A stretch of 64,000 bases of DNA from Mobula hypostoma (lineage: Eukaryota): contig NC_086097.1 of NCBI RefSeq assembly GCF_963921235.1, forward strand, positions 194,682,001 to 194,746,000. The letters run 5' to 3'. The notes under the pieces were generated by a model. It was given only the letters and a program-made list of their open reading frames with translations. It was not told the origin of the DNA and did no database searches. Below are positions 52,015 through 64,000 of this stretch, piece by piece (position 1 is the stretch's first letter; the number at the start of each line of letters is the position of its first letter). Both the position numbers and the translations under genes were made by a program.

Positions 52015-52570
52015 CTACTCTTCATTGACAACTGCATTGGTGCTGCTTCCTGCACCCACGATAAATTTGTCCACTTCATTAACATGTTCTCCAACTTACA
52101 CTGTGCTCTCAAGTTTACTCGATCCATCTCTAATACCTCTCTCCCCTTTCTCAATCCCTTTGTCTTTGCCTCTGGAGACAAACTATCTACTGATGCAAAC
52201 CTACTGACTCTCATGGTTGTCTTGAATATACCTTTTCCAATTAAAATGCTATTCCCTTTTCTCAGTTCCTCCGATTCCGCTGCATCTACTCTCAAGATGA
52301 GTCTTTACATTCCAGAACATCAATGATGTTCTCCTTCTTCAAAGAATGAGGGGTTCCCTTCATTTACCATCAGTAATGCCCTCAGCCCTTTTCCTTCCAT
52401 TCTCCTCGTATTTACTGTTACCTCATCCTCCTGCTGCCATAAAAGGGATAGGTTTCCTCTCATCCTTACCTCAAATCCTTACATCATTCTCTGTAAATTC
52501 CGCCATCTACAAGGGATCACAAATTTCCCTCACACCCACTTTTCACTTTCCGTAGGAATCACTCACTACA
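52015..52570 (+). mobile_element. Decayed PLE RT fragment
   Basis: LHCALKFTRSISNTSLPFL, homologous to about 145-740. Confidence 0.75.
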
Positions 52571-52571
52571 T

Positions 52572-52654
52572 CAGGGGTTCCCAACATTGCTTATGCCACT
52601 ATGGACAAATACCATTAAGCAAGGAGCCCGTGGACCCCAGGCTGGGAAACCCTG
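52572..52654 (+). mobile_element. hAT (Charlie-like) MITE, 83 bp
   Basis: TIRs CAGGGGTTCCCAAC / GCTGGGAAACCCTG; degenerate 8-bp flanks cactacat and ctctattt. Confidence 0.75.
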
Positions 52655-53253
52655 CTCTATTTGAACCACTAGCCACTGCTGTCCATAAGACCAAAAGATA
52701 TAGAAGCAAAATTAGGTGATTTGGCCCATCGAGTCTGCTCTGCCATTTCATCATAGCTGATCCATTTTCCTTCTCAGCCCCAATCTCCTGCCTTCTCCCC
52801 ATATCCCTTCATACCCTGACTAATCAAGAATCTATCATCCTTTGCTTTAAATATACCCAATGATTTGGCCTCCACAGCTGCTTGTGGCAACGAATTCCAC
52901 GTATTCACCACTCTCTGGCTAAAGAAATTCCTCCTTGTCTCCATTCTAAAAGAACGCCCCTCTATTCTGAGGCTGTGTCCTCTGGTCTTAGACTCTCCCA
53001 CCATAGAAAATATCCTCTCCGCATCCACTCTATCAAGGCCTTTCACCATTCGATAGGTTTTAATGAGGTCAGCCCTTATTCTTCTGAATTCTAGTGAATA
53101 CAGGCCCAGAGGTATCAGACACCCTTCATATGACAAACCTTTCAATCCTGGAATCATTTTGGTGAACATCCTCTGAATCCTCTCCAGTTTCAGCACATCT
53201 TCTCTAAGATAAGGGGTCCAAACCTGCTCACAATACTCTAAGTGAGTCCCCAC

Positions 53254-56036
53254 TGTTGTTGTTCGTCCTTCGTAGTCGAAGATGACCATGGCTTCAAAGT
53301 CAAATGGGAGATTGGTGGCTGTGGGTCCGGAGGTGACTGATGAGGCCAATCCGGGCCCTGAAGGCTCGCCCACATGTGGGACACAAGTGGGTGGGTGCTG
53401 TCGTGGCAGTGGATGCTGCTCGGGCCTTGCGCACAGTACGCTTTCGTTGCGCCTTGATGATGCGCCTGACTTCAGCTGCACAGGCTCCTGTGGTGATCTT
53501 GCTGCGCCAAGCTGGACGGTCGAGGGCAAGCGTCTCCCACGTGTTGATGTCGACACCCAGGCCTTTGAGGGACGCTTTGAGGCAGTCTTTGTAACGTTTC
53601 TTCTGCCCCCCGACTGAGCGCTTGCCCTGACACAGTTCTCCATACAGCAGCTGCTTAGGCAATCGGCTGTCTGGCATTCTGACCACATGTCCAGCCCACC
53701 CGGCTTGGGCTTTCAGCAGGAGGGTGTAGACGCTGCAGAGCCTGGCTCGTTCCAGGATTTCTGTGTCGGGGACTTTGTCCTGCCACCTGATGTGGAGGAG
53801 TCTGCGGAGACAGCTCAGGTGAAAGTGGTTGAGCTGTCTGGCGTGTCTGCTGTAGACAGTCCAGGTCTCGCTGGCGTAAAGGAGGGTGGTAAGGACCACT
53901 GCACTGTAGACCTTCAGCTTGGTGGTAAGGCTGAGTCCTCTCCGCTCCCAGACATTCTCACGGAGTCTCCCAAAGGCGGCACTGGCTTTGGCAATCCTGT
54001 TGTTGACCTCAGTGTCTATGTTTACTGCGCGAGAGAGTATGCTGCCCAGGTAGGTGAAGTTGTCGACTGCCTGGAGGTTCTGGCCCTTCACCGTGATGTG
54101 CGGCTCCTGGTATGGCTTTCCTGGGGCAGGCTGGTACATAACTTCGGTCTTTTTGGTGGTGATAGTGAGACCGAAGTTGTCGCAGGCTTGTGAGAAGCAG
54201 TCCATTTCATGCTGCATCTCCTGCTCTGTGCTGGCATTGAGTGCGCAGTCATCAGCAAACAAGAAGTCTCTGATGACAGTCTCTCGCACCTTTGTAACTG
54301 CCTGCAGGTGCCTAAGGTTGAACAACCTGCCGTCAGTCCTGTACCTGACGTGGATTCCTTCTTCGTAGTTACGGAAGGCATCTGTCAGCACGGCAGAGAA
54401 TACCATACTGAACAGAGTCGGGGCAAGAACGCAGCCTTGTTTGATGCCATTTGTCACTGGGCAGGCCTCCGACTCGTCGCCGTCATCCAGAACTTTCACC
54501 ATCATACCGTCGTGGAACTGGCGGACGATTGTGATGAACTTGCTGGGGCAGCCAAACTTCTCCATGATCTTCCACAAGCCTCCTCTGCTGACCGTATCGA
54601 AAGCCTTGGTTAGATCGACAAAGGTCACGAAGAGGTCGCTGTGTTGCTCCTGGCATTATTCCTGGAGTTGGCGCGCAGCAAAAATCATGTCCGCGGTCCC
54701 ACGTTCAGCACGGAAGCCGCACTGGCTTTCTGGGAGCAGACCTTGCTCAAGATGTTGGAGAAGGCGGTTGAGCAGGACGCTGGCCAGAACCTTCCCCGCA
54801 ATGGACAAGAGGGAGATGCCTCGGTGGTTGTCGCAAGACTGGCGGTTGCCTTTCCTCTTGTAGATGTGGACTATGCTGGCATCTTTCAGCTGTTGCGGGA
54901 CCTGCCCCTTTTTCCACATGGACTGGAAGAGTACAATCAGCTTTTGCATCATGACAGGGCCTCCTGCTTTGTATACCTCAGCCGGGATTGCATCGGGTCC
55001 TGGCGCTTTGCCACAGGAGAGTTGCTTCACTGCCTTCCTGACTTCATCTACTGTGGGAAGGGTGTCGAGGTTCTTGTTGATCTCTACCTGGGGCAGGCGG
55101 GCAATGGCCTCGTCGTTGATGTCGGCAGGGTGGTTAAGGACGTTGTTAAAGTACTCAGCCCACCAATCCAGAATCTGCTTCTTCTCTGTCAGCAGCTGCG
55201 TCTCATTTGCGTTGAGGAGGGGTGAGGAGCCGGAGGGGTGAGGTCCGTATACAGCCTTAAGCACATCGTAGAAGCGCTTTATGTCGTGGTTGTCTGCATA
55301 GCCCTGGATTTCATCGGCCTTCTTGCTGGACCAGCTGTCCTGCATCTCGCGAAGTTTTTTCTGCACCTTTCTTCTTGCGTTGGTAAAGGCATCTTTCTTG
55401 GCTAGCGACGTGGGGTCGTTCTGATGCGCTCTGTAATGTTGATGTTTCTCCGTTAGTAGTGCCTGTATTTCTTCATCATTCTCATCGAACCAGTCTTGGT
55501 TTCTTCAGGTTGCTGGTCTGAGATGTTCGAGGGTGGTAGTGTAGACAGCGTCTCTGAAGGCCGTCCACTGTTCCTCAACGCTGGTCCCATCATCCTGTGG
55601 TGTGTCTGGCAGTCTGCCTTCAAGGTCATCGACGAATTCTTCTGCAACCCTGCTGCTTTTCAGCTTGGAGACATTCAGCCTTTTTGCAGTCTTCTGCCCT
55701 TGGGGTCTTCTCATGGGCAGAATGCGAAGCCTGAACTTGGACACAATGAGGCGGTGATCGGTCCGGCAGTCAGCACCACACATGGCTCTCGTCACTCTGA
55801 CATCCATCCTGTCCCTCTTCCTGGTGATGATGTAGTCAATCAGATGCCAGTGCTTCGAGCGTGGGTGCATCCATGACGTCTTCTTACGGGTGGGTAGGTG
55901 GAACAGGGTGTTGGTGATGACAAGGTTATGTGTAGCACATGTCTTGAGGAGCAGAAGGCCATTGTTGTTACACTTGCCAGTGCCGTGTCTTCCAATGATC
56001 CCTTCCCAGGTTTGGTAGTCTGTCCCTACTCTGGCA
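53254..56036 (-). mobile_element. RTE (BovB/AviRTE-like) LINE, 5'-truncated, (CAA)n tail
   Basis: GC- and CpG-rich; APE end (HWHLIDY, TDHRL), RT (FVDLTKAFD, LFADD), C2H2 tail CPTCGRAFRARIGLISHLRTH. Confidence 0.93.
53300..56030 (-). pseudogene. RTE APE-RT ORF with few lesions
   Basis: ORFs 53300..54628, 54656..55366 and 55505..55870; stop at about 54656 and frameshift near 55500. Confidence 0.88.
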
Positions 56037-58734
56037 TGTAAAGCCTCAACATTGCATGCGTGCTTTTATATTCTGGTTATCTAGAAATGGATGCTAACAT
56101 CACAGTTGCCTTCCTCACCACAAATTCAACTTACAAATTAACCTTTAGGGAATGCTGTAAAAGGACTCCTAAGTCTCTTTGTGCCTCAGAGTTTTGAATT
56201 TTCTCTCCATTTAGAAAACAGTCTACACTTTTAGTTCTTCTACCAAAGTGCATGATCATACATTTCCTGACACTGTATTCCATCTGCCATTTATTTGCCC
56301 ATTCTCCTAATCAGTCTAAGTCCTTCTGTAGCTTTTATATTTTCCCAAAACTACCCGTTCCTTCACCTATCTTCACATCATCTGCAAACTTTGCATCAAA
56401 ACCATCAATTGACATATGTCAAAGTCATTGACATATGACTGAAAAGAAGCTAATGAAGTAAAAAGAAGCTGTCCTAACACAGAGCCCTGTGGAATACCAT
56501 TAGTCACCGGCAGCCCACCAGAAAACGCTCCCTTTGTTCCCACTTTTTGCTTTCTGCCAATTGGCTACTGTTTTATCTATGCTAGAACCTTTCCAGTAAA
56601 ATCCATGGGCTCATAGCTTGCTAAGCAGTGTCATATCTGCCAGCTTATCAAAGGCCTTCTGAAGACCCAAGTACATAACATCAAACGATTCTCCTTTGTC
56701 TATCCTGCTTGTTATTTCTTCAAAGAATTCCACATTTGTCAGGCAGTATATTCCATTGAGGAAACCATGCTAACTATGGCTTATTTTATAGTGTGCCTCC
56801 AAGTAACCAAAGCCATGTCCTTAATAATCGACTCCCAACATCTTCTGAACAACTGAGTTCAGACTAACTGGTCTATAGTTTCCTTTCTTTTGCCTCTCTC
56901 CCTTTTTGAAGAGTGGAATGACAGTTGTAATTTTCCAGTCTTCTGGAATCATTCCAGAACCTAGTGATTCTTAAAAGATAATTATTCATGCCTCCACAAT
57001 CTCTTCAACCACCTCTTTCAGAACCCTGGGGTGTATACCATCTGGTCCAGGTGCATTATCTACCATCAGACCTTACAGTTTCCCAAGAAACTTCTCTCTA
57101 GTTATGGTAACTTCACACACTTCATACCCCCTGACACCTGGAACTTCAACCAATGTGCTAATGTCTTCCACAGTGAAGACTGATACAAAATACTTATTCA
57201 GTTTGTTCGCCCATGACCACCTCCCTTGCATCTTTTTCCAGTGGTTCGATATCTACTCTTGCCTCTCTTTTACACTTAATGTATCTGAAGAAACTTTTGG
57301 TATCCTCTTTAATATTATTTTCTAACGTAGTTGCATATTCTATCTTTTCCTTGTTAATGACTTTTTTAGTTGCCTTCTGTTGGTTTTTAAAAGCCTCCCA
57401 ATCTTCTAACTTCCCATTAGTTTTTGCTCTATTATATGCCCTCTCTTTGAATTTTATGTTGGCTTTGACTTCTCTTGCTAGCCATGGTTGTGTCATCTTG
57501 CCTTTCAAATACTTCTTTATTCTCTTTGGGATGTATACAAACTGTGCTTTCCAAATTGCTACTAGAAATTCCAGCCATTGCTGCTCTGCCATCTTCCATG
57601 CCAGTGTTCTTTTCCAGTCAATGCTGATCAACTCATCTCTCATGCCTCTGTAATTCCCTTTACTCCATTGTAATACTGATACGTCTGACTTTAGTTTCTC
57701 CTTTTCAAAATTCAGTATGAATTCAATCATATTATGATCACTTGCCCCGAAGGGTTCTTTTATCTTAAGCTCCTGAATCAATTCCAGTTCATTGTACAAT
57801 GCCCAATCCAAGATAGCTGATCCAATAGAGGGCTCAATGACGAGCTGACTAAAAAGCCATCTTGTAGGCACTTCAGAAATGCCCCCTTTTTGGATCCACC
57901 ACCAACCTGATTTCCCTAATTTTCCTGCATATTAAAATCCCATATGACTATTGTAACATTGCTCTTTTGGCATGCATTTTGTATCTCCCATTGTAATTTG
58001 TAGACCATATCCTTACTACTGCTTGTGCGTCTGTACATAACTCCTATCAAGATCTTTTTACCCTTGCAGTTCCTGAGCTCTATCCACAATGATTCAACAC
58101 CTTCCAACCCTATGTCACCTTTTTCTGATGATTTGATATCATTTTTACCAAAAGAGCCATGCCACCCCCTTTACCTATTTGCCTGACCTTTCAATACAAT
58201 GTGTATCCAGGGGAATTCCCAGCTATAAACTTCTTCCAGCCATGATTCAGTGATGCCTACAACACCATACATGCCTATCTGTAACTATGCTACAAGTTCA
58301 TCTACCTTATTCCATATACTACGCACATTCAAATATAACACATTTAGTCCTGTATTCACCTTTTTCAATTTAGTCCACCTTTTATGTTCCAAGTACCTCA
58401 TCTTGGAATGTGCGGGGCCTATCAGCAGCGGCAACTGAGCTCGACGAAGGAGTGTTTCTCGCAGGTCAGAGGCAGTTATTTAAAACGAGAGCTTTGCAGA
58501 GCTAAGTCCATTGTGCAGGGCCTATCAGCAGCAGCAACTGAGCTCAACGAGCTAAATAAAAGTACAAAAGGGATAAGCGGGGCATTGTCGGGAGTAAGCC
58601 AGTGGTGAAGGTAGAAGCGACAGGCTTTGGCTCATTCAGGCTTCGGCAAAAGTGGGCTTCAGCGAGGTAAGTGGGTAGGTGGACTTCGTTTTTGGTTTTT
58701 CTTTGCATTTTTTTTTGAGGAATAGAGCTAGGCC

Positions 58735-58903
58735 TAGATAGGCCTAGATAGAGCTCTTAATGATAGTGGAGTCAAGGGATGTGGGGAGAAGGCAGGAACG
58801 GGGTACTGATTGTGGATGATCAGCCATGATCACAGTGAATGGTGGTGCTGGCTTGAAGGGCCGAATGGCCTACTCCTGTACCTATTGTCTATTGTCTATT
58901 GTC
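58735..58903 (+). mobile_element. Short CR1 3' end with (CTATTGT)n tail inserted in the CR1 5' UTR
   Basis: ggcttgaagggccgaatggcctactcctg followed by ctattgt x3. Confidence 0.8.
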
Positions 58904-60223
58904 TAGAGAGAGCATGTCGGTAGGGTTAGTATTTTGCTCTGGGTGTCGGATGTGGGAATCCTGGGAATCTTCCAGTCTCCCAGATGACCACATCTATGCC
59001 AAGTGCATTGAGTTGCAGATCCTGAGAGACCGTGTTAGGGATCTGGAGCTGTGGCTCGATGACCTGCAGTTTATTAGGGAGCATGAACAGGAGATAGAGA
59101 GGAGCTGCAGGGAGTTAGTCACCCCGAGGCTGCAGGAGCTAGATAAGTGGGTGACAGTCAGGGAAGCTAGGGAAAGAGCTCAGATAGTAGTGCACCCCTG
59201 TGGCCATCCCCCTCAGTAATCGTTACCTTGTTTTGGATGCAGTTGAGGGGGATGACCTGATGGAGGAAGATCACGGTGAACGGGTCTCTGGCACTGAGCC
59301 TGGTTCCATGATGCAGAAGGGAGAGAGGAAGATAAAGAATGTGATAGTCGTAGGGGATTCCATAGTGAGAAGAACAGACAGGAGGTTCTGTCAGCCTGAT
59401 GAAAATACCCACATGGTGTGTTGCCTCCCAGGAGCCAGGGTACGAGATGTCTCAGATCAGGTGTAGAGTATTCTGAAGGGAGAGGGTGAAAGCCAGAAGT
59501 CTTGGTACACGCAGGTACCAATGACATAGGTAGACATAGGTAGACAATGACATAGGAGGAGGTTCTGAAGAGAGAATTCAGCGAGTTAGGTAGGAAGCTG
59601 AAAAGCAGAACATCTAGGGTAGTAACCTCAGGATTGTTGCCTGTGCCATGTGCTAACGAGTGCAAGAATAGCATGATCAGGCTGAGATCACAGTGAAGTC
59701 AGAGCCAAAGTAAAAGCAAAAGAGAGGGCGTACAAGGAAGCTAGAGCTAGTGGGAAAATAGAGGATTGGGAAGCTTTTAAAAACTTGCAGAAGGAAACTA
59801 AGGATGTCATTAGGAAGGAAAAGATGAATAATGAAAGGAAGCTGGCGACTGATATCAAAGAAGATACTAAAAGGTTTTTTAAGTATATAAAGGGTAAAAG
59901 AGTGTCGAGGGTAGATATAGGACTAATAGAAAATGACACTGGAGATATTGTAATGAAAGAGACAGAGATGGCAGAGGAACTGAATGCGTATTTTGCATTA
60001 GTTTTTACAGTGGAAGATGTCTGCAAAATATCAGGGAAGTGAAGTTTGTGCAGTGAAAATTGCGACTGAGAAGGTGCTCAATAAGCTTAATGGTCTGTGG
60101 TTGGATAAGTTTCCTGGACCTGATGGAATGCACCCTTGGGTTCTGAAGGAAGTAGCTGGAAGTAGAATAGATTCTGGCATTGTACCGGATGACTGGAAAA
60201 TTGCAAATATCACTCCGCTATTT

Positions 60224-60403
60224 TGAGCCGGCTGGTGGTGTAGTGGCATCAGCGCCAGATTTCGGAGCGAAGGCTCCCGAGTTCAAATCCAGCCGGCCTC
60301 CTTGCATGCTTTCCATCCATGCTGGGTTGAGTAAAAATAAGAAAGCCTGCTAAAAAAAAAAGCCGTCATGACAGCATCCCAATGACTCCATTCTTCTTCT
60401 TCT
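60224..60403 (+). mobile_element. tRNA-derived SINE with (TTC)n tail and 12-bp TSD
   Basis: A box TGGTGTAGTGG, B box GAGTTCAAATCC; TSD ACTCC(G/A)CTATTT at 60212-60223 and 60404-60415; related to 38313-38518. Confidence 0.87.
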
Positions 60404-61810
60404 ACTCCACTATTTAAGAAAGGAAACTATAGACCTGTGGGAAGTTGTTGGAGTTGATTGTTAGGATGAGATTACGAAGTACTTGGAGGCACATGACAAG
60501 ATAGGCCAAAGCCAGTATGGTTTCCTGAAAGGAAAATCCTGCCTGACAAACCTACTGCAATTCTTTGAGGAAATTATAAGCAGGGTAGACAAAGGAGATA
60601 CAGTAGACGTGGTGTACTTGGATTTTCAGAAGGCCTTTGACAAAGTGCAGCACATGAGGCTGACTAGCATGGAATTACAGGGAAGTTACTGGCATGGGTA
60701 GAGCATTGGCTGGTTGACAGAAAACAGAGAGTGGGAATAAAGGGATCCTATTCTGGCTAGTTGCCGATTACCAGTGTAGTTCCACAGGAGTCGGTGTTGT
60801 GACTGCTGCTTTTTACGATGTATATCAATGATTTGGACTACAGTATTAATAGATTTGCGTCTAAATTTGCCGATGATACAAAGATAGGTGGAGGAGCAGG
60901 TAGTATTGAGGAAACAGAGAGCTGGCAGAGAGACTTAGATAGTTTAGGAGAATGGGCAAAGAAGTGGGAAATGAAATACTATGTTGGAAAATGTATGGTC
61001 ATGCACTTTGGTGGAAGAAATAAACAGGCAGGCTATTATTTAGATGGGGAGAGAATTCAAAATGCAGAGATATAAAGGGACTTGGGAGTTCTTGTGCAAG
61101 ATACCCTAAAGGTTAACCTCCAAGTTGAGTCTATTATGAAGAAAGCAAATGCTATGTTGGCATTCATTTCTAGAGGTATAGAGTATAAGAGCAGGGATGT
61201 GATGTTGAGGCTCTATAAGGCACTTGTGAGACCACACTTGGAGTATTGTGTGCAGTTTTGGGCTCCTTACTTTAGAATGGATATACTGACATTCGAGAGG
61301 ATTCAGAGAAGATTCACGAGAATGATTCCAGGAAAGAAAGAGTTACCATATGAGGAACGTCTGGTAGCTCTTGGGCTGCATTCCCTGGAGTTCAGGAGAA
61401 TGAGGGGGGGACCTCATAGAAACATTCCGAATGTTAAAAGGCCTGAACATATTAAATATGGCAAAATTATTTCCCATGGTAGGGGATTCTAGGGCAAGAG
61501 GGCACGACTTCAGGATTGAAGGACATCCATTTGGAACTGAGATGTGGAGAAATTACTTTAGTCAGAGGGTGGTAAATCTGTGGAATTTGTTGCCACAAGG
61601 CACTGTGGAGTCCAAGTCATTGGGTGTATTTAAGGCAGAGATAGACAGGTTTTTTATTAGCCAGAGCATTAAAGGGTATGAGGTGTAGGCAGGGGAGTGG
61701 GGATGACTGGAAGAATTGGATCAGCCAATGATTGAATAGTGGAACAGACTTGATAGGCTGAATGGGTTACTTCTGCTCCTATATTTTATAGTATTATGGT
61801 CTTATGGTCT

Positions 61811-62300
61811 TCAACACTTCATAGTTTAAACCCACCTGAACATCTCCAGCAAACCTGGCTGCAAGGATATTGGACTCCCTCAGGTTCAAATGTAATCTGA
61901 ACCTTTTGTACAGATTATACCTTCCCCAGAAGAGATTGCAATGATCCATAATTCTGAACCCCTGCCCCCTGCAGCAGTTCGTCAGCCACGCTTTCAACTG
62001 CCAAATTATCCTGTTCTTACCCTCACTGGTACATGGCACAAGTAGTAATCCAGAGATCTAAAATCTCTCTTCAGTGCCTCCTCAACTTGTATACCTCTGT
62101 AACTGATGCCAATATGTACCAAGACTTCTGGCTACTCACACTCACCCTTGAGAATGCCATGGACATGATCTGAGACATCCCTGATCCAGGCAACTGTGAG
62201 GCAACATACCATCCAACTGTCTCTACTGCACCCACAGAACCTCATCTCTGTTCCTCTAATATGGAATCCCTTATCAATACTGTGGTCCTCTTCACCCCTC
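61811..62300 (-). mobile_element. Decayed CR1 ORF1 esterase region (possibly continuing 52683-58390)
   Basis: WLTNCCRGQGFRIMDH..LHLN. Confidence 0.7.
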
Positions 62301-62307
62301 TGCTTTC

Positions 62308-64000
62308 TTTTTTTTTAAATCTTTTTATTGAGTAAGTATACAAAAAAGGTAAGCCATATAAACATTAATACAATGTTAAAATATAATAAAATTCCAAAAG
62401 GTATCAATACCAAAAAAATACTACAAACAATGTAATTTAAACATAAGAAACCGAGATAACATAATAGTATACTAAATTTTATATATATCAATGGAAAAAA
62501 AAGAAAAAAAAAACCCCCCAAAAAAAACCCACCATGCAACTAACTAAAAGCAAGGCAAAGCAATGGGCTAACTTGAAACCAAACAGAGTTAAACTTAAAA
62601 TCACGTCCTCAATCCCGACCTCCATTAAAAACAGTGAAAAAAAAACAAGAAGGGTAAATATTACATTAAATGAAAATATCGAATAAAAGGTCCCCAAATC
62701 TGTTCAAATTTAAATGAAGAATCATAAAGGTTACTTCTAATTTTCTCCAAATTCAAACATAAAATCATCTGAGAAAACCAAAAAAAGGTAGTTGGAGCAT
62801 TAAGCTCTTTCCAATGTTGTAAAATACATCTTTTCGCCATTAAAGTAAGAAATGCAATCATTCTACGGGCTGAAGGGGAAAGATTACTAGAAATTTTAGG
62901 TAGTCCAAAGATAGCAGTAATAGGGTGAGGAGAGATATCTATATTTAATACCTTAGAAATAATATTGAAAATATCTCTCCAAAAAGTTTCCAAAGTAGGG
63001 CAAGACCAAAACATATGAGTTAAAGAGGCTATCTGCCCCGAACATCTATCACAGAAAGGATTAATATGCGAGTAAAAACGTGCTAACTTATCTTTGGACA
63101 TATGTGCTCTATGAACCACTTTAAATTGAATTAGGGAATGTTTAGCACAAATAGAGGAAGTATTAACTAATTGTAAAATCTGCCCCCAATCATCCACAGA
63201 AATGGTAAGCCCCAATTCCTGTTCCCAATCTACCCTAATCTTATCAAATGGAGCTTTCCTAAGTTTCATAATAATATTATAAATCATAGCCGATGCACCT
63301 TTCTGATATGGATTGAGGTTAATTATCGAATCTAAAATATATGTAGGAGGAAGCATTGGAAAGGAAGAAAGTATAGTCCTTAGGAAATTTCTAACTTGTA
63401 AATATCTAAAAAAATGTATTCTTGATAAGTTATATTTATTAGATAATTGTTCAAAAGACATAAGGGAACCATCTAAAAATAAATCCAAAAACCGTAAAAT
63501 ACCCTTAGTCTTCCAAGTTTGAAAAGCGCGATCCGTAAAAGAGGGAGGAAAAAATATGTTACCTAAAATAGGAATCGCTAACCCGAATTGATTAAGATCA
63601 AAAAATTTTCTGAATTGAAACCAAATGCGCAAAGCATATTTAACTATCGGGTTAGAGACCTGCTTAAGGCGTTTCGAATCAAAAGGGAGAGAGGAACCTA
63701 AAATAGAGCCAAGTGTATAACCCTGAACAGATTGTAATTCCAATGCTACCCATTTAGGAATAGATAGTATATCCTGGTCAAGTAACCAAAATTTCATATG
63801 TCGAATATTAATAGCCCAATAATAGAATCTAAAGTTAGGTAATGCTAAACCTCCATCTCTCTTAGCTTTCTGTAAATGTATTTTACCCAGTCTCGGATTC
63901 TTATTCTGCCAAATAAATGAAGAAATTTTAGAGTCAACTTTATCAAAGAAAGATTTTGGAACGAAAATTGGTAATGCCTGAAATACATATAAAAATTTTG
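62308..64000 (-). mobile_element. L1-clade LINE 3' end; continues off the right edge
   Basis: AATAAA at 62324-62329 (-), short poly(A) at 62308-62316, U-rich 3' UTR, ORF2 C-terminus. Confidence 0.93.
62661..63998 (-). CDS. L1 ORF2 C-terminal region, uninterrupted, partial
   Basis: Frame open from the window edge (KFLYVFQALP..FIWQNK..GGLALPNF..YYWA) to the stop at 62661; CCHC motif CDRC..HMFWSC. Confidence 0.9.
   Translation of the reverse strand, partial: KFLYVFQALPIFVPKSFFDKVDSKISSFIWQNKNPRLGKIHLQKAKRDGGLALPNFRFYYWAINIRHMKFWLLDQDILSIPKWVALELQSVQGYTLGSILGSSLPFDSKRLKQVSNPIVKYALRIWFQFRKFFDLNQFGLAIPILGNIFFPPSFTDRAFQTWKTKGILRFLDLFLDGSLMSFEQLSNKYNLSRIHFFRYLQVRNFLRTILSSFPMLPPTYILDSIINLNPYQKGASAMIYNIIMKLRKAPFDKIRVDWEQELGLTISVDDWGQILQLVNTSSICAKHSLIQFKVVHRAHMSKDKLARFYSHINPFCDRCSGQIASLTHMFWSCPTLETFWRDIFNIISKVLNIDISPHPITAIFGLPKISSNLSPSARRMIAFLTLMAKRCILQHWKELNAPTTFFWFSQMILCLNLEKIRSNLYDSSFKFEQIWGPFIRYFHLM

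Larger units (their letters stand above)
52683..58390 (-). mobile_element. CR1 LINE interrupted by an RTE
   Basis: Tail ccataagaccaaaag at 52683; ORF2 C-terminus 52774-53250; RT/APE 56037-58340 (ASDHNMIEF, WDFNM). Confidence 0.88.
58400..61810 (+). mobile_element. CR1 LINE with 5' UTR, same family as 2927-6970, with an internal deletion
   Basis: ORF1 MSVGLVFCSGCRMWESWE; junction at about 59685 joins ORF1 to post-APE ORF2; RT motifs; tail ttatggtcttatggtct. Confidence 0.9.

Noticed and set aside
52774..53688. 304-aa ORF as a chimeric gene
   Set aside because: Chance read-through from an RTE alternative frame and tail into the CR1 ORF2 C-terminus
53282..55876. Long plus-strand ORFs as an antisense gene
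   Set aside because: Shadow ORFs of the GC-rich RTE coding strand
60224..60295. tRNA gene
   Set aside because: A and B boxes are present but followed by a SINE body, (TTC)n tail and TSD
1..64000. CRISPR arrays, operons or prokaryotic RT systems
   Set aside because: No regular repeat-spacer array; all RTs belong to eukaryotic PLE, LINE or LTR clades

Overview
Eukaryotic, repeat-dominated, non-genic (intronic or intergenic) DNA. The repeat families suggest a vertebrate, probably a cartilaginous fish such as a ray (inference, not checked). By eye, most of the window is a nested stack of transposable elements: (i) Neptune-type Penelope-like elements (PLEs; RT + GIY-YIG) of several ages; (ii) several CR1 LINE families, including a near full-length copy with esterase ORF1 and APE-RT ORF2; (iii) a near-complete Gypsy LTR element with a tRNA-Leu PBS, plus an older Gypsy relic; (iv) RTE, L2 and Rex1/Babar LINEs and a young L1 with an open ORF2 C-terminus running off the right edge; (v) two tRNA-derived SINEs, hAT MITEs and a Tigger end. 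No host protein-coding gene can be supported. The most notable signal is a family of minimal type I hammerhead ribozymes with a loop-less palindromic stem III in the PLE terminal repeats: four copies with an intact core, one with a G12A change, and several decayed relics. Also notable are a clear twin-priming 5' inversion in an RTE element and a shared monomer / YY1-like / splice-donor layout in CR1 5' UTRs. Boundaries of old, decayed elements are approximate.
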